From Octopus sinensis (lineage: Eukaryota), in assembly GCF_006345805.1 (NCBI RefSeq), contig NC_043003.1:77624001-77688000 (forward strand): a stretch of DNA of 64,000 nt, given 5' to 3'. Below are positions 53,568-64,000 of this stretch, in pieces (the stretch's first letter is position 1; each line of letters begins with the position of its first letter). The translations under genes and the position numbers were made by a program. The notes beneath the pieces are model-generated. The model did not search any database and was not told where the DNA came from. It saw nothing but the letters and a program-made list of their open reading frames with translations.

Positions 53568-54616
53568 ATACAACACACACACAATGCCTGCTTCCCTCTC
53601 CATGAACATGCGCATCACACACTTGTATACATTTATATACATGCACACACACGCACATATTGTTCATGATTTGTCTGCATGGGACACAAAAGCGTATAAG
53701 AAAATAAAAAAGAAATAATAATCAGTAAGTGGAATAACAAGTAACGGGTGTGATAATAACAGCAGGTGACAGAGAATAGCATGTAAAATAAGGTAGCGGT
53801 AGTGGTAACGATGGAAGTAATGATGATGATGACGATGATGATGATGATAAATGGATTCGAAGTGTAATTTAACCACCTGTGGCTTCAGCGTCGAAAACAT
53901 TTCAGTTTTTGACGTTAAACACATTAGATATCTTCTGCCAAACTTGCAGCGGGAAAATCTCGTCCTCAAACTTAATTTTCCATCAGTCTTCCTTCCATTT
54001 TCAAATTAAGTATTACTTATAGCAATAATAAATATATATCTTCCTTACTTACCTAAATATTTTCCACTGCAAACTTCAGCCATTTATTATGATATACTGA
54101 GCAACATTGAATTTCGCGTTTATTTTCTTCGGGGAAACTGGATTAGCTAAACCTATTGATACATTTTGCCCCGTTTACTTCGATTATATTTCTCTTTTCT
54201 GATCTACCTGTTATGTTAACTGAAAATATTTTTCCTGAAAGCCTTGGATCGTCTAAATGTAATGATTGCTTTATATTGGCAGAAGGACAAACACTGCAAA
54301 AGATGAATTATAGTCCATTAAAATCACACCGTAAACGACAAGCGCTTATTTTATCGACCCTGAATAATTGTAAAGTGAGCCAACAAAAATTCATAACATC
54401 CTTAAACGAAATAAAATTTTTAATTCTGAAAAAGAAAATATTTTTTTCACCATTTTTTCACTTACAATAGCAGAGATTACAATATTACTGTGTACATGAG
54501 GCAAATTACATCAAAACACCGGTGTCTGGCAGATCACTGAGGTTATTTAGAGCATGTTGCATTTTAATCTTAGGAGTTGTTCGCTGAAGCAAAATCCCGC
54601 AGTTTGTTTATACATA

Positions 54617-55880
54617 TGAGGGGCGTTCAATAAGTAATGCCCCTGACCCACTTGCATGTGCAATTATCTATATCTCTATAGATTAAGTGGCAAATTACAG
54701 CTCTGAACTAATTGTGGTTTCCGATTTACAGGGGTTTGAACTGAGTCAAGTGTGAAATGGAGCATGTTGAGTGTCGAGCAGTGATCCGGTTTTTGTATTT
54801 GAAAGGACGCACACCACGGGAGACTTTTGATGAAATGAAAGTAACTTATGGTGATGATGCCCCATCATATGACCTTGTAAAACGCTGGCATCGTGAATTC
54901 AAACATGGTCGGAACTCTGTGGAAACAGCTCCCAGATCTGGTCGCCCCCTTCTGCCATTGATGAGGCATCTGTCTGTCAAGTTGAGGCTGCCATTTTGGA
55001 AGATCGACGCATAACTATTCGCCAAATAGCCCATGAGGTCAAGATTAGTACCGGGTCTGTGGAAACTATCATTCATGACCATTTGCATATGCAAAAGGTG
55101 TCTGCCAGATGGATTCCCAGGTTGCTCACACCTTTCCAGAAGCAAGAACGCGTCGATTGCTCGAGGATGAATTTGGAGATGTGCCAAGAAGATGAGTCAA
55201 AATTTTTCAAAAGTCTGATTGCATAGGATAAAACCTGGGTCCATCACTATGATCCAGAGACCAAAGCCCAGTCAATGCAGTGGAAGCACCGTGACTCACC
55301 TCCTCCAAAGAAGGCAAGGGTGCAGCCCTCCGCTGGCAAGGTCATGCTTACAGTCTTCTGGGACCAGGACGGAGTAGTGAAGACAGATTTCTTGGCAAAG
55401 GGTACCACAATTACAGGAGTCTATTATGCTTCACTTTTGAGGTAATTAAGAGAAGCTATCAAAATCAAGAGGCGGGGCAAGACCAGCAAAGGCATTCTCC
55501 TCCTGCAGGACAACGCTCCGATCCACAACTCGCGTGTCGCCAGATCAGAAGCACAGGCGTGCGGCTATGAACTCATCCCCATTCCCCCTACTCTCCTGAC
55601 CTTGCACCCTCTGATTTTCATTTCTTCCCAGCCATGAAGTTGTTTTTGAAAGGAAAGCGTTTCCCAGATGATGCAGCCTTGATTTCTGAAGTCAGGTCGT
55701 GGTTGGAGGACCAAGCTGGGGTCTTCTCCAAAAACGGTCTTCAGAGCTGCATCAAACGATGGGAGAAATGCGTAACTCTGGGTAGTTCCTATGTAGAAAA
55801 AGACTAATAACTGTTCCAAGTTTCGTTGCTCTACTTCTATGGGAAGTGGGTCAGGGGAATTACTTATTGAACGCCCCTCG
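54617..55880 (+). mobile_element. Full-length mariner transposon (1264 bp) with an inactivated transposase
   Basis: 37-bp TIRs with 2 mismatches and TA TSDs (54615-16, 55881-82). The reading frame from ATG 54757 to TAA 55807 contains WIPRLL, DKTW, QDNAP and YSPDLAPSD motifs, two frameshifts and two stops. Confidence 0.95.
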
Positions 55881-56190
55881 TATACGAGATATAAATAATG
55901 TACACATAATTTTTGTTCTATCACCCACTAACAACTCTTAACACACATCACTTAATCTGTAAATGACTTAAACAGCAGTAATAACAACCAGCCACTAAGT
56001 AATATAACAGCGTGTACATTCCAGGTTAAAAGGGAATGTAAACAAGCGTTGTAACATAGCTATTGTCTTAATGATATCTGTCCAATATTTAGGCATTTTA
56101 CGAACTAGAAAGTAAGCACAACGCTGTGTCTCTGTAGACAATGTAGACATGTTTACTGTAAAGAATGCGTTCAATATCTATCTCTAAGCC

Positions 56191-56394
56191 CTAACACCAA
56201 GATTTCGTGTTCGATTCCGGGCAGTGACCTGAATAATGATAACATCGAAAAATACCTTAGGAATGAGAACCCAGGTTCGAAATTTCCCTAAGATACCTGA
56301 TGAAGGCTGTGTTAAAAACAAACAAGATGACGACAAATATCCGTCAAATGTAAATAATATACATAATTCCTTATCTCTTAAATATAGAACTGTA
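56191..56394 (+). mobile_element. Family C tRNA-headed hammerhead SINE copy with stem II-GAAA deleted
   Basis: B box GTTCGATTCC at 56209-56218 and CTGATGA at 56297-56303; the body matches 36648-36800. Confidence 0.7.
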
Positions 56395-56395
56395 T

Positions 56396-56461
<66 letters not shown>

Positions 56462-56562
56462 GGAGGAGTAAATAAATAAATAGCTAGCTAGGTCACTTCC
56501 TGGAATCGAACTCGGAATCTTGGAGTTAGTAGCGTGGGCAATTATGGAGTGAATTTTAGGGT

Positions 56563-57125
56563 TTATATATCTAATATTTTCCTATCCTTCCTTAATATCG
56601 GTTCCCATATGCTATTCATATCTGCACTCGGTCTGCTTAGGAGGTTGTTGTGTCCTAGCATATGGTGTTCTCTGTCTATTATTTTAACTTCATCCCACAG
56701 GGGGATGGGTCTCCATTTTTCCACACATGATCAGCTGTACCCGATTTATCAATATCTCCCCGGGTCACAGCTTTGCGATGTTCGTCTACCCTTATTTTGA
56801 GGGGCGGCATGTTTCACCTTTGTACAACCTACCACAGATGCATTGGATGGAGTACACGCAGTTTTTGGTCATATTTTCTTCTATTGGTGGTTTTACTCGA
56901 AGGAGATATTTGCGAAATGTTGTATTACTCTTCAATACTGTCCTGATGTCATATGAACCGCATATCTTTGGTATCTTTTCAGAGAGGACTTTCACATAGG
57001 TGAGACAGACTGTGGACAGTTTATTGGTTTCATCCCATTTTTTCTTTATAATTGGAGTGGATAGTAAGTTTTTGGGGTAGTTGTTGCTTAATAGATTGTT
57101 ACTGAGCTTGATCATTTCTTCGTGG
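56563..57125 (-). mobile_element. Penelope-like element 3' fragment (GIY-YIG), probably Penelope/Poseidon-type
   Basis: VYSIQCICGRLYKGETCRP(fs)KIRVDEHRKAV...ADHVW...WDEVKIIDRE; stop at 56563-56565. Confidence 0.85.
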
Positions 57126-58489
57126 TATCACGATCGCTATTTGTATTCTTTGCTCGATATTTTAGGCACTGAGCAATCCCTCTCTTTACACTGTATGGAT
57201 GGTGGAGTTGAAGCTGAGGTTTCGTCCACTGAAGGTCGGCTTGCGGTATACGGATGTCTTATACCTTGTCTTATTTTCCTTATACATATCATCTCGTGTG
57301 TTCCTTTTCAACTTTCTACACACACACACACACACAGATAGGTAGATGTGTGTGTGTGTGTGTGTGTGGTGTGTGTGTGTGTGTGTGCACGCTTGTGCAC
57401 GCGCGTATGTATGTGTTGAAATGTATAAAAAATGAAAACTAATCCAGCAAAATCCAGAAACAAGATGAAGTAAAAGATGAAATTCTGTAACTGTAGGTAA
57501 CAATTCTTCTAAGGATTCTGAAACATGAAATATCATCAAAATTGGTTTCAAACTTTGGCACATAGCCAACAGATTCGGGGTAGATCCAGCATGCTAACGA
57601 TTCTGCTAGCTCTCCGACTTTTTTATTATCATTAATATTATTAAGACGATGAAAGGTGTTAGATCGAAGGAACTGTTACACCGTTGGACAAAATGCCTTG
57701 CAGCATTTGTTTCGAGTCTTTATTTATTGAGTTCCGATCCCGTCGAGGACATACGTAGCCTTGCATCCTATCAGGACTGGTAGAATGAAACACCAGTCAA
57801 CTGCGTGTTCTCAAATTCGATCCTGCTGTACAGCACTTTGCCCAGGAGTCTGCGTCCAAAACATTTGAACCCCTACAACTTTGTGGGCGAAGTTTGGTGG
57901 GAAGAAACCGAGTGGCAGTCTGTCGTTGTGTTTTAAGTTGCTCCTTACCTGGTCCTCAGGTGCCTCTAATGGAGTCTGTTACAATTATTTACAACAAGGT
58001 CCCTCTCTAAGGACCACTTCGCTCCCTTCCAGCAAGGACTAAAATCCTGAAAAGTGGATGGATTGTGGGTGGTACCCTTCTTCTTAACGAAACAGTAATA
58101 CCTAACACCATTGCCAAAAGAAAGAAATGACGCATCGTTAAAACTGTTTCCCAATCTGAAATTATTTTCAAGAAATGAACGAAAGTTCAAATGTCCGCTT
58201 GTGAAACTTTACTTCATCTGATCAAATTTTAAATGAATATATATCTGTTTACATCCGACATTGATTTAAAGTGTCTGAAACTTTTATTTATATTTGTTTT
58301 ATATATCTTAGAATAAATGGAACAATTGACGTTTCACTTATAAGTAAATAGAAATCGTTTCAATTATTTCCTGTTTTATACTTATCAGATATCAAGTTTG
58401 GGAAATAAACATAGAAATATAAACACTGTATCTATAACTTAAATACAGATGTATATATATATATACATGCATATATTGTTAACCCTGAC

Positions 58490-58640
58490 ACTAGAACTGC
58501 CAAAACCATCACCACCACCACTCCTCCTCCTCCTCCTCCTACTACTACTACTAGTAGTAGTAGTATTAGAAGCAGCAGCAGCAGTAGTAGTAGTAGTAGT
58601 ATTAGTATTAGTATTAGTAGTAGTAGTAGTAGTAGTAAAG
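58490..58640. repeat. Compound trinucleotide repeat (CAC/CTC/CTA/GTA/GCA)
   Basis: Direct inspection. Confidence 0.9.
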
Positions 58641-59768
58641 CCGGATCGTATCTCGTTATTTCAACTAAGACATTGAGTCTTAAAACTGGACACACACAAA
58701 CATGCACGTATGTATATTATTATTTGAAGGACTTGTTTATATTGCAGCACACTTATTCTTCAACCTGATGCTCGCATGTTCTGTGTGCACATGGCCAAAG
58801 ATGAAATAAATACATTTTCCTCGAGTGAAATAAAAATCGAATAACTTTTAGCGAAGCTAAATGTCTTTACTGAGACCACTTTGCTTTATAGATAATCATA
58901 TATAGAATTTACACTGCAAGTTATAGTAGCAAAGTCACTGCACACAGGAAATAATACGAGATTGAATTCAAGAAACCATTATGGCCAACACTTCTGTAAT
59001 TATTCAAAGACATAAATACAACTTTTAATTCATTTTCCACAGCTTTAGTGCCGAAATTTCACAACCTAAAGATTTATTAGTTTTGTAAGATTGATAAAAG
59101 AATGCATTTGATATTGTTAATGTTGAAATATAAAATTCGTTGGTGACGCGGGAGATTGGAAGATAAAATAGCTTCAAAGTTTTAGCGTTACCAGCGGGCT
59201 GCTATGACTATCAGTTGGCAAACCTTTGTGGTTAGTCAAGATATGCAGCGTATGTGATGAATTCACCACCTCCACTAGTTCCATCTCCAACTCTACCAGT
59301 TAGCCAGCCAGCCAGCAAGCCTGCCAGACACAATATGGAATCTATGCATCAATGAGAAAATCGTCATATGATCGCTCGACATGTTCATTTGAACTGCTAG
59401 AAATAGTAGACAATCGTCCATAAAGTCATATTATATCGCCTTTGGAAATAGAAAACTCACATTGAGCCATGTAGTCCGAGATATACTATTCCTGAAAAAG
59501 TATACGGTTTGGTTATGACTGGAACACTTTTGATCATAGACCTGGAGTTCAACAACTACAACAACAATAAGAACAACAACTACGTATTCAGACCTAGTGC
59601 CAGGATACAGTAGCTAAGAAGATCAAAACAATTGGTGGATTTTTGTTTAAGGATGAAATATTGATGACATAAGTCTTATTGCAGAAGTTTAGATGAACTG
59701 ACTTCATGTAGAATAAAGTGTTCTACAGAGAAACAGGATATTTGAGTCCCACATATAAATCAAAAATA

Positions 59769-61790
59769 CAATGGTACCTCGCTGTACGGGTTTAATTCGC
59801 TCCATGACCGAGCTTGTTTTACGATTTACTCGTTATACAAACCATTGAAATTAATCAAAATATAATTAATCCGTTCCAATCCCTCAAAACCACCCAAAAA
59901 TATTTTTTTATGGGTTTTAAAACAGAAAAGATGCAGTTACAAGGAAAATGACACCTATTATTTGGAAGAATCTCCTTCCATTAAGACTTTAGGAAGAACA
60001 ATTTCTGACGTTTTCTGTCTCATTTCACTTAGGTTAGGCTTTTTGGACACACGGTGTTCACTTTTCACACTTGCAGGCACTTTCATTAGAAATATATCAA
60101 GAGAAATCTGCATTTTATTGCCTTTTAAAATGTTGCGAAAATGCACCAAGTAGCTGCACTACCTGTAGATACTTTTTCAGGATGATATTTTTTTACAAAT
60201 TCAGAAACATACTGCCACTTTGACAACACTGCCTTCTCTGCTACACTGTCCTCTTCCGGGGAACCAACCTCTTCCACCGCATCTGATGCTGCAGGAGTTC
60301 ATCTGTCGTCAGCTCTTCTGAGTGTTCCACGACGAGATCATTAATGTTCCTATCATCAATCTCGAGGTCAATGGACTTGCCAAGAAACACTATCTCCTCG
60401 ACTACAGGTGACTCAGACTCAAACCCTTTGAATTCTCTTTCGGATATGCAGTCAGGCCACAGTATCCTCTATGCAGAATTCAGCGTTCTCCGCGTTACAC
60501 CCTGCCAGGCCATATCAATGATTTTCAGGAAGTTAACAATGTTGTAGTGCTCCTTCCAAAACTCACGAAGGTTTAGATTTGTATCTTCGGTGACTTCAAA
60601 GCACCGACGAAATAGGTATTTGGTGTACAATTTCTTAAAATGGTTCATGGGCTGTAATACAGGGGTGGTATTGCGTTGAAGGTATAGAACTTTTATGAAT
60701 TCAAATTCGTCCAGCTTTTTCATCTTCAAAGTTAGGAGGATAAGCAGGAGCGTTGTCGAAGTTGAGGAGGGCCTTGATAGGAAGATCGTTGTCTAGAAGG
60801 ACATCTTCTCTGTTGGTCCGAAGATAAGATTGACCAACTCGGTGAATAATTGCCAGGTGACCCAGGCTTTAACGTTCGCTCTTCACATGACATGCAGCTT
60901 CTAATTCAGGATATTATGCGGCTTGAATGCTCGTGGGTTTTCGGAATGGTAGACAAGGAGCGGTTTAATTTTCAAGTCTCCACTCGCATTGGCACAAAGA
61001 GCGAGAGTTAGCCTATATTTCATAGGCTTGTATCCTGGAATTTTCTTCTTCTCTGCAGTTATGTAGGTTCTTCTAGGCATTTGTTTTTCAAAAAGACCAG
61101 GTTCATAACAGTTGAATACCTTTCGTGCAATGTGCTCCTCGGCTGCGATGAGCTGACAGAATTCACGCACGAAATCCTCAGCTGCTTTCGTGTCAGAACT
61201 CACTGCTGCTCCATACGTGACGACGCTTTGAACACTAGTCTTCATCGTGAAATTATAGAACCAGCCGTGTTGGTCCACATGATCCACAGCTTCTCGTTGA
61301 TCACATGAGAAGCAATTTTCCCTCTCTTCGTGGACTGATGTGCGTTGCTTAGAGAGCCTGGAGACACTCTTTGCTGTTGTAACGGCCTTGATATTGTCCT
61401 GTTCCTTCAGGATGGTGCAGATCGCTAACCTGCTTCGGTCGTGTATTGACGTGCTATGTCCACTACACGCACTTCTCTCTCATGTTTATCAATGATTTCC
61501 TTCTTCAGTTCTTTTGTAATAAGCTTTTTCTTCTTTTCAGCACTGTCCTTTGCACTAACCTTCTTAGGACTCATGGCTAATTATTATAAAATAATAGCAA
61601 AAAATGTACAAAGCTAAAAAAAGAAAAGCACTGGGAAAAACACAACAGGGTTGCTGCCACAACGAGATAAACACGTGAACTGAGCGAGAGGAAGCTGAAC
61701 TTGTTGGGAGAGTGTGCAAGCTCAGAGCCGACTAGCGGTCGCTTGTATGAAACTCGCTTGTATTGCGAATTTCCACTCGTACTACGGATT
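59769..61790 (-). mobile_element. Tigger/pogo transposon with a decayed transposase
   Basis: TA|CAATGGTACCTCG terminus at 59767. ATG at 61574 gives MSPKKVSAKDSAEKKKK...; DDE_1-like VFNC.E.GLF.K.MPRRTYIT...RLTLALCANASGD.KIKPLLVYHSENPRAFK. The other terminus is eroded. Confidence 0.85.
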
Positions 61791-61884
61791 TCCTAGCGTG
61801 CTAACGATTCTGTTAGCTTACCGCCTGTTCTATACAGAATTGCTACAACTACCGATCCTTATTGACATGTACGGATATTTACGC

Positions 61885-62810
61885 TCCCTACAGACAACTA
61901 GGTACATTTACTGATTCCTACTGACAAATAAATACATTCACAACTAGGTATTGTCATATAGGTAGGTTCATTGGTACATACTGACAACTAGACACATTTA
62001 CTGGTCCGAACTGACAAGTAGATACTTCCGATGATACCTACTGATATCCGGGTACATTCGATGTTGCAAATTGTCTGCAACTTACTATTAAGTATCTGAC
62101 AACTAGGTATATTTACTTGTGCTTATTGAAAACTAGGTATCTACCGTCAGCCTAATTCATTCCCTGTAACACTGACAATTAGGTAGGAGCACTCCTTCGG
62201 TTACGACGACGAGGGTCCCAGCTGATACTATTAACGGAACAGCTTGCTCGTGAAATTAACGTGCAAGTGGCTGTGTACTCCACAGACACGTGTACCCTTA
62301 ACGTAGTTCAGCGTGACACAGAGTGTGACAAGGCTGGCCCTTTTGAAATACAGGTACTACTCATTTTTGCCAAGTGAGTGGACTGGAGCAACTTGAAATA
62401 AAGTGTCTTGCCCAAGAACACAACGCGTCGCCGGGAATCGAACTCACAACCTTACGATCATGAGTCGAATGCCCTAACCACTAAGTCACGCGCCTTCACA
62501 ATTAGTTACTTCCACTCATATCTACAGATGTCTCATTACAGTTACTGGTACCCGCATCTAAGTTTATTTAGTATTGTCTACTGACAACTAGCAATGTTTA
62601 CTGGTGCCTACTGACATCTTAATACAATCATTGATACCTACAGACAGCTATGTACATTCACAATTATCCTTCGACGTTTAAGTATAATCACTGGTACCTA
62701 GTACAGCAGAATACATTCACTGTTTTCTTTTGACTATTTACCTACCAATTGGCAAATGCATTCAGCGGTGTCTAGTTAATCCTAGTTGTATTTACTGGTA
62801 CATATTTACG
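61885..62810. repeat. Degenerate 30-bp minisatellite (ctgacaactaggtacatttactggtaccta), split by a family 3 SINE at 62182-62499
   Basis: Recurring ctgacaacta... units at about 30-bp spacing on both sides of the SINE. Confidence 0.65.
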
Positions 62811-63053
62811 CCTAAAGAAATTGTAAGCTAAATGTTATTGTGAGCTAAATGTTTTGACTGTAGACAGGGGTCACTTTTGATAACAGAATATTATCCTCTG
62901 GTCACTATAGCCAATTCCCAACTATATAAAATTTGTGAATATGTTTGGATGAATTGTATTAATCAACTGTTTTTTTTTTTTGTTTTTTGTCTTAGCTTTA
63001 TATTACAATTTCTTAGTGGGACGAGTAAGGGCAAAACTGGCCATTCTTTTCAG

Positions 63054-63148
63054 GAATTGCAAAATTGTTGGGTGGAAGTGAGGAAGCGATTCTCAGAGAA
63101 GAGATGAAAATTGAACATTTGCAACAGAATGGACTCCCTAAGGTCAAG
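63054..63148 (+). CDS. Candidate 95-nt exon, xIAKLLGGSEEAILREEMKIEHLQQNGLPKVK (phase 1 to 0)
   Basis: ccattcttttcag|G ... AAG|gtatgc; protein-like composition in non-repetitive sequence. Confidence 0.35.
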
Positions 63149-64000
63149 GTATGCGAAGATGTCAACCTGACTAGAGTTAAGCTCAAAGCCCAAAAGCAAA
63201 TTTCTAAATTGTTTTGGTGGAACAAATGTCACGTACAACTCTTTGGTCGACTCGACACTCTGGTAAAACATATTTGCAAAAGGTGCCATGCAGTGAGCGA
63301 GAAACAGAACCTACATTGTTGCAATGCAACATATTAACCTTTTTATTGCTGCCTGAGAAAAATACATCGCACGTCGAAATTCCAGTATAATCGACTTTCG
63401 TTTCACCACGGCAGTAGTGATAAAATACCAGTAATAAATAACATTACTTATATATTCCTTCCTTAGAAAATCTGTGCTAGTGTGCCAATATAAGAAATAT
63501 ATAAACTCTTTTAAATTAATACTAAGATTTAGTCGTAGACATGTAGTTAAGACATGACATTCTGTTGTACGCATTAAGTTTTATAAAAGAAAAAAATGAT
63601 TCCCTATCATTTTCCCGAAGCGCCGTTCGGAACAAATGGCGTTCAAAACCACCAGTCGGTTGTGTCTAACGAAATACGGATCGACACTCCACATCCGACA
63701 ACATTTTCATCATTTATGCTTCTTTGTTTTTGTTGTTGTTTTACTTGCTTAAGGTATTCCAACTTTCTTTGTTCACACCAAACAACAGTGATTATCACGA
63801 TCTCTTCTTTCAATCTTCACACACATACCATTGCACATATTGTATTGTGAAACAACCGATTGTTCGAATGGCGCTTGTTTCTCAGAAATTCAAGCCGCAC
63901 CGTCTTTGTGATTATTATTGCTAATAGTAAAATGAAAGCAAAAACAAGCTAAAACATTAACTATACTGATTCACATACTACACGCACACATATCTACGTA

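Noticed and set aside
57225-57265. Hammerhead next to the 57 kb Penelope fragment
   Set aside because: The core reads CTGAAGG, stem II is mismatched and GAAA is replaced by TATA.

Overview
AT-rich, microsatellite-saturated eukaryotic DNA, almost certainly from an octopus-type cephalopod (inferred from recurring tRNA-derived SINE families). No complete protein-coding gene is visible, and most listed ORFs are microsatellite translations. Recognisable content: many SINEs, three Penelope-like element (PLE) fragments (RT and/or GIY-YIG), an R4/Dong-type LINE fragment, a gag-like LINE ORF1 with no ORF2, a full-length but dead mariner, a decayed Tigger/pogo, hAT (Buster/SPIN-like) remnants, Tc1/mariner remnants and Helitron-like non-autonomous elements. 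The strongest unexplained signal is a dense set of minimal type I hammerhead ribozyme (HHR) motifs, about 11 with a recognisable core plus several broken ones, in at least four small non-autonomous element families. They include a tandem pair 401 nt apart (retrozyme-like architecture), a tRNA-headed HHR SINE, a family with a fixed A6U core change, and repeated fold-back inverted copies. Also present are a 9-unit perfect heat-shock-element array and a few candidate host exons on both strands. All gene calls are tentative, and all ribozyme calls come from manual pairing, not from folding software or assays.
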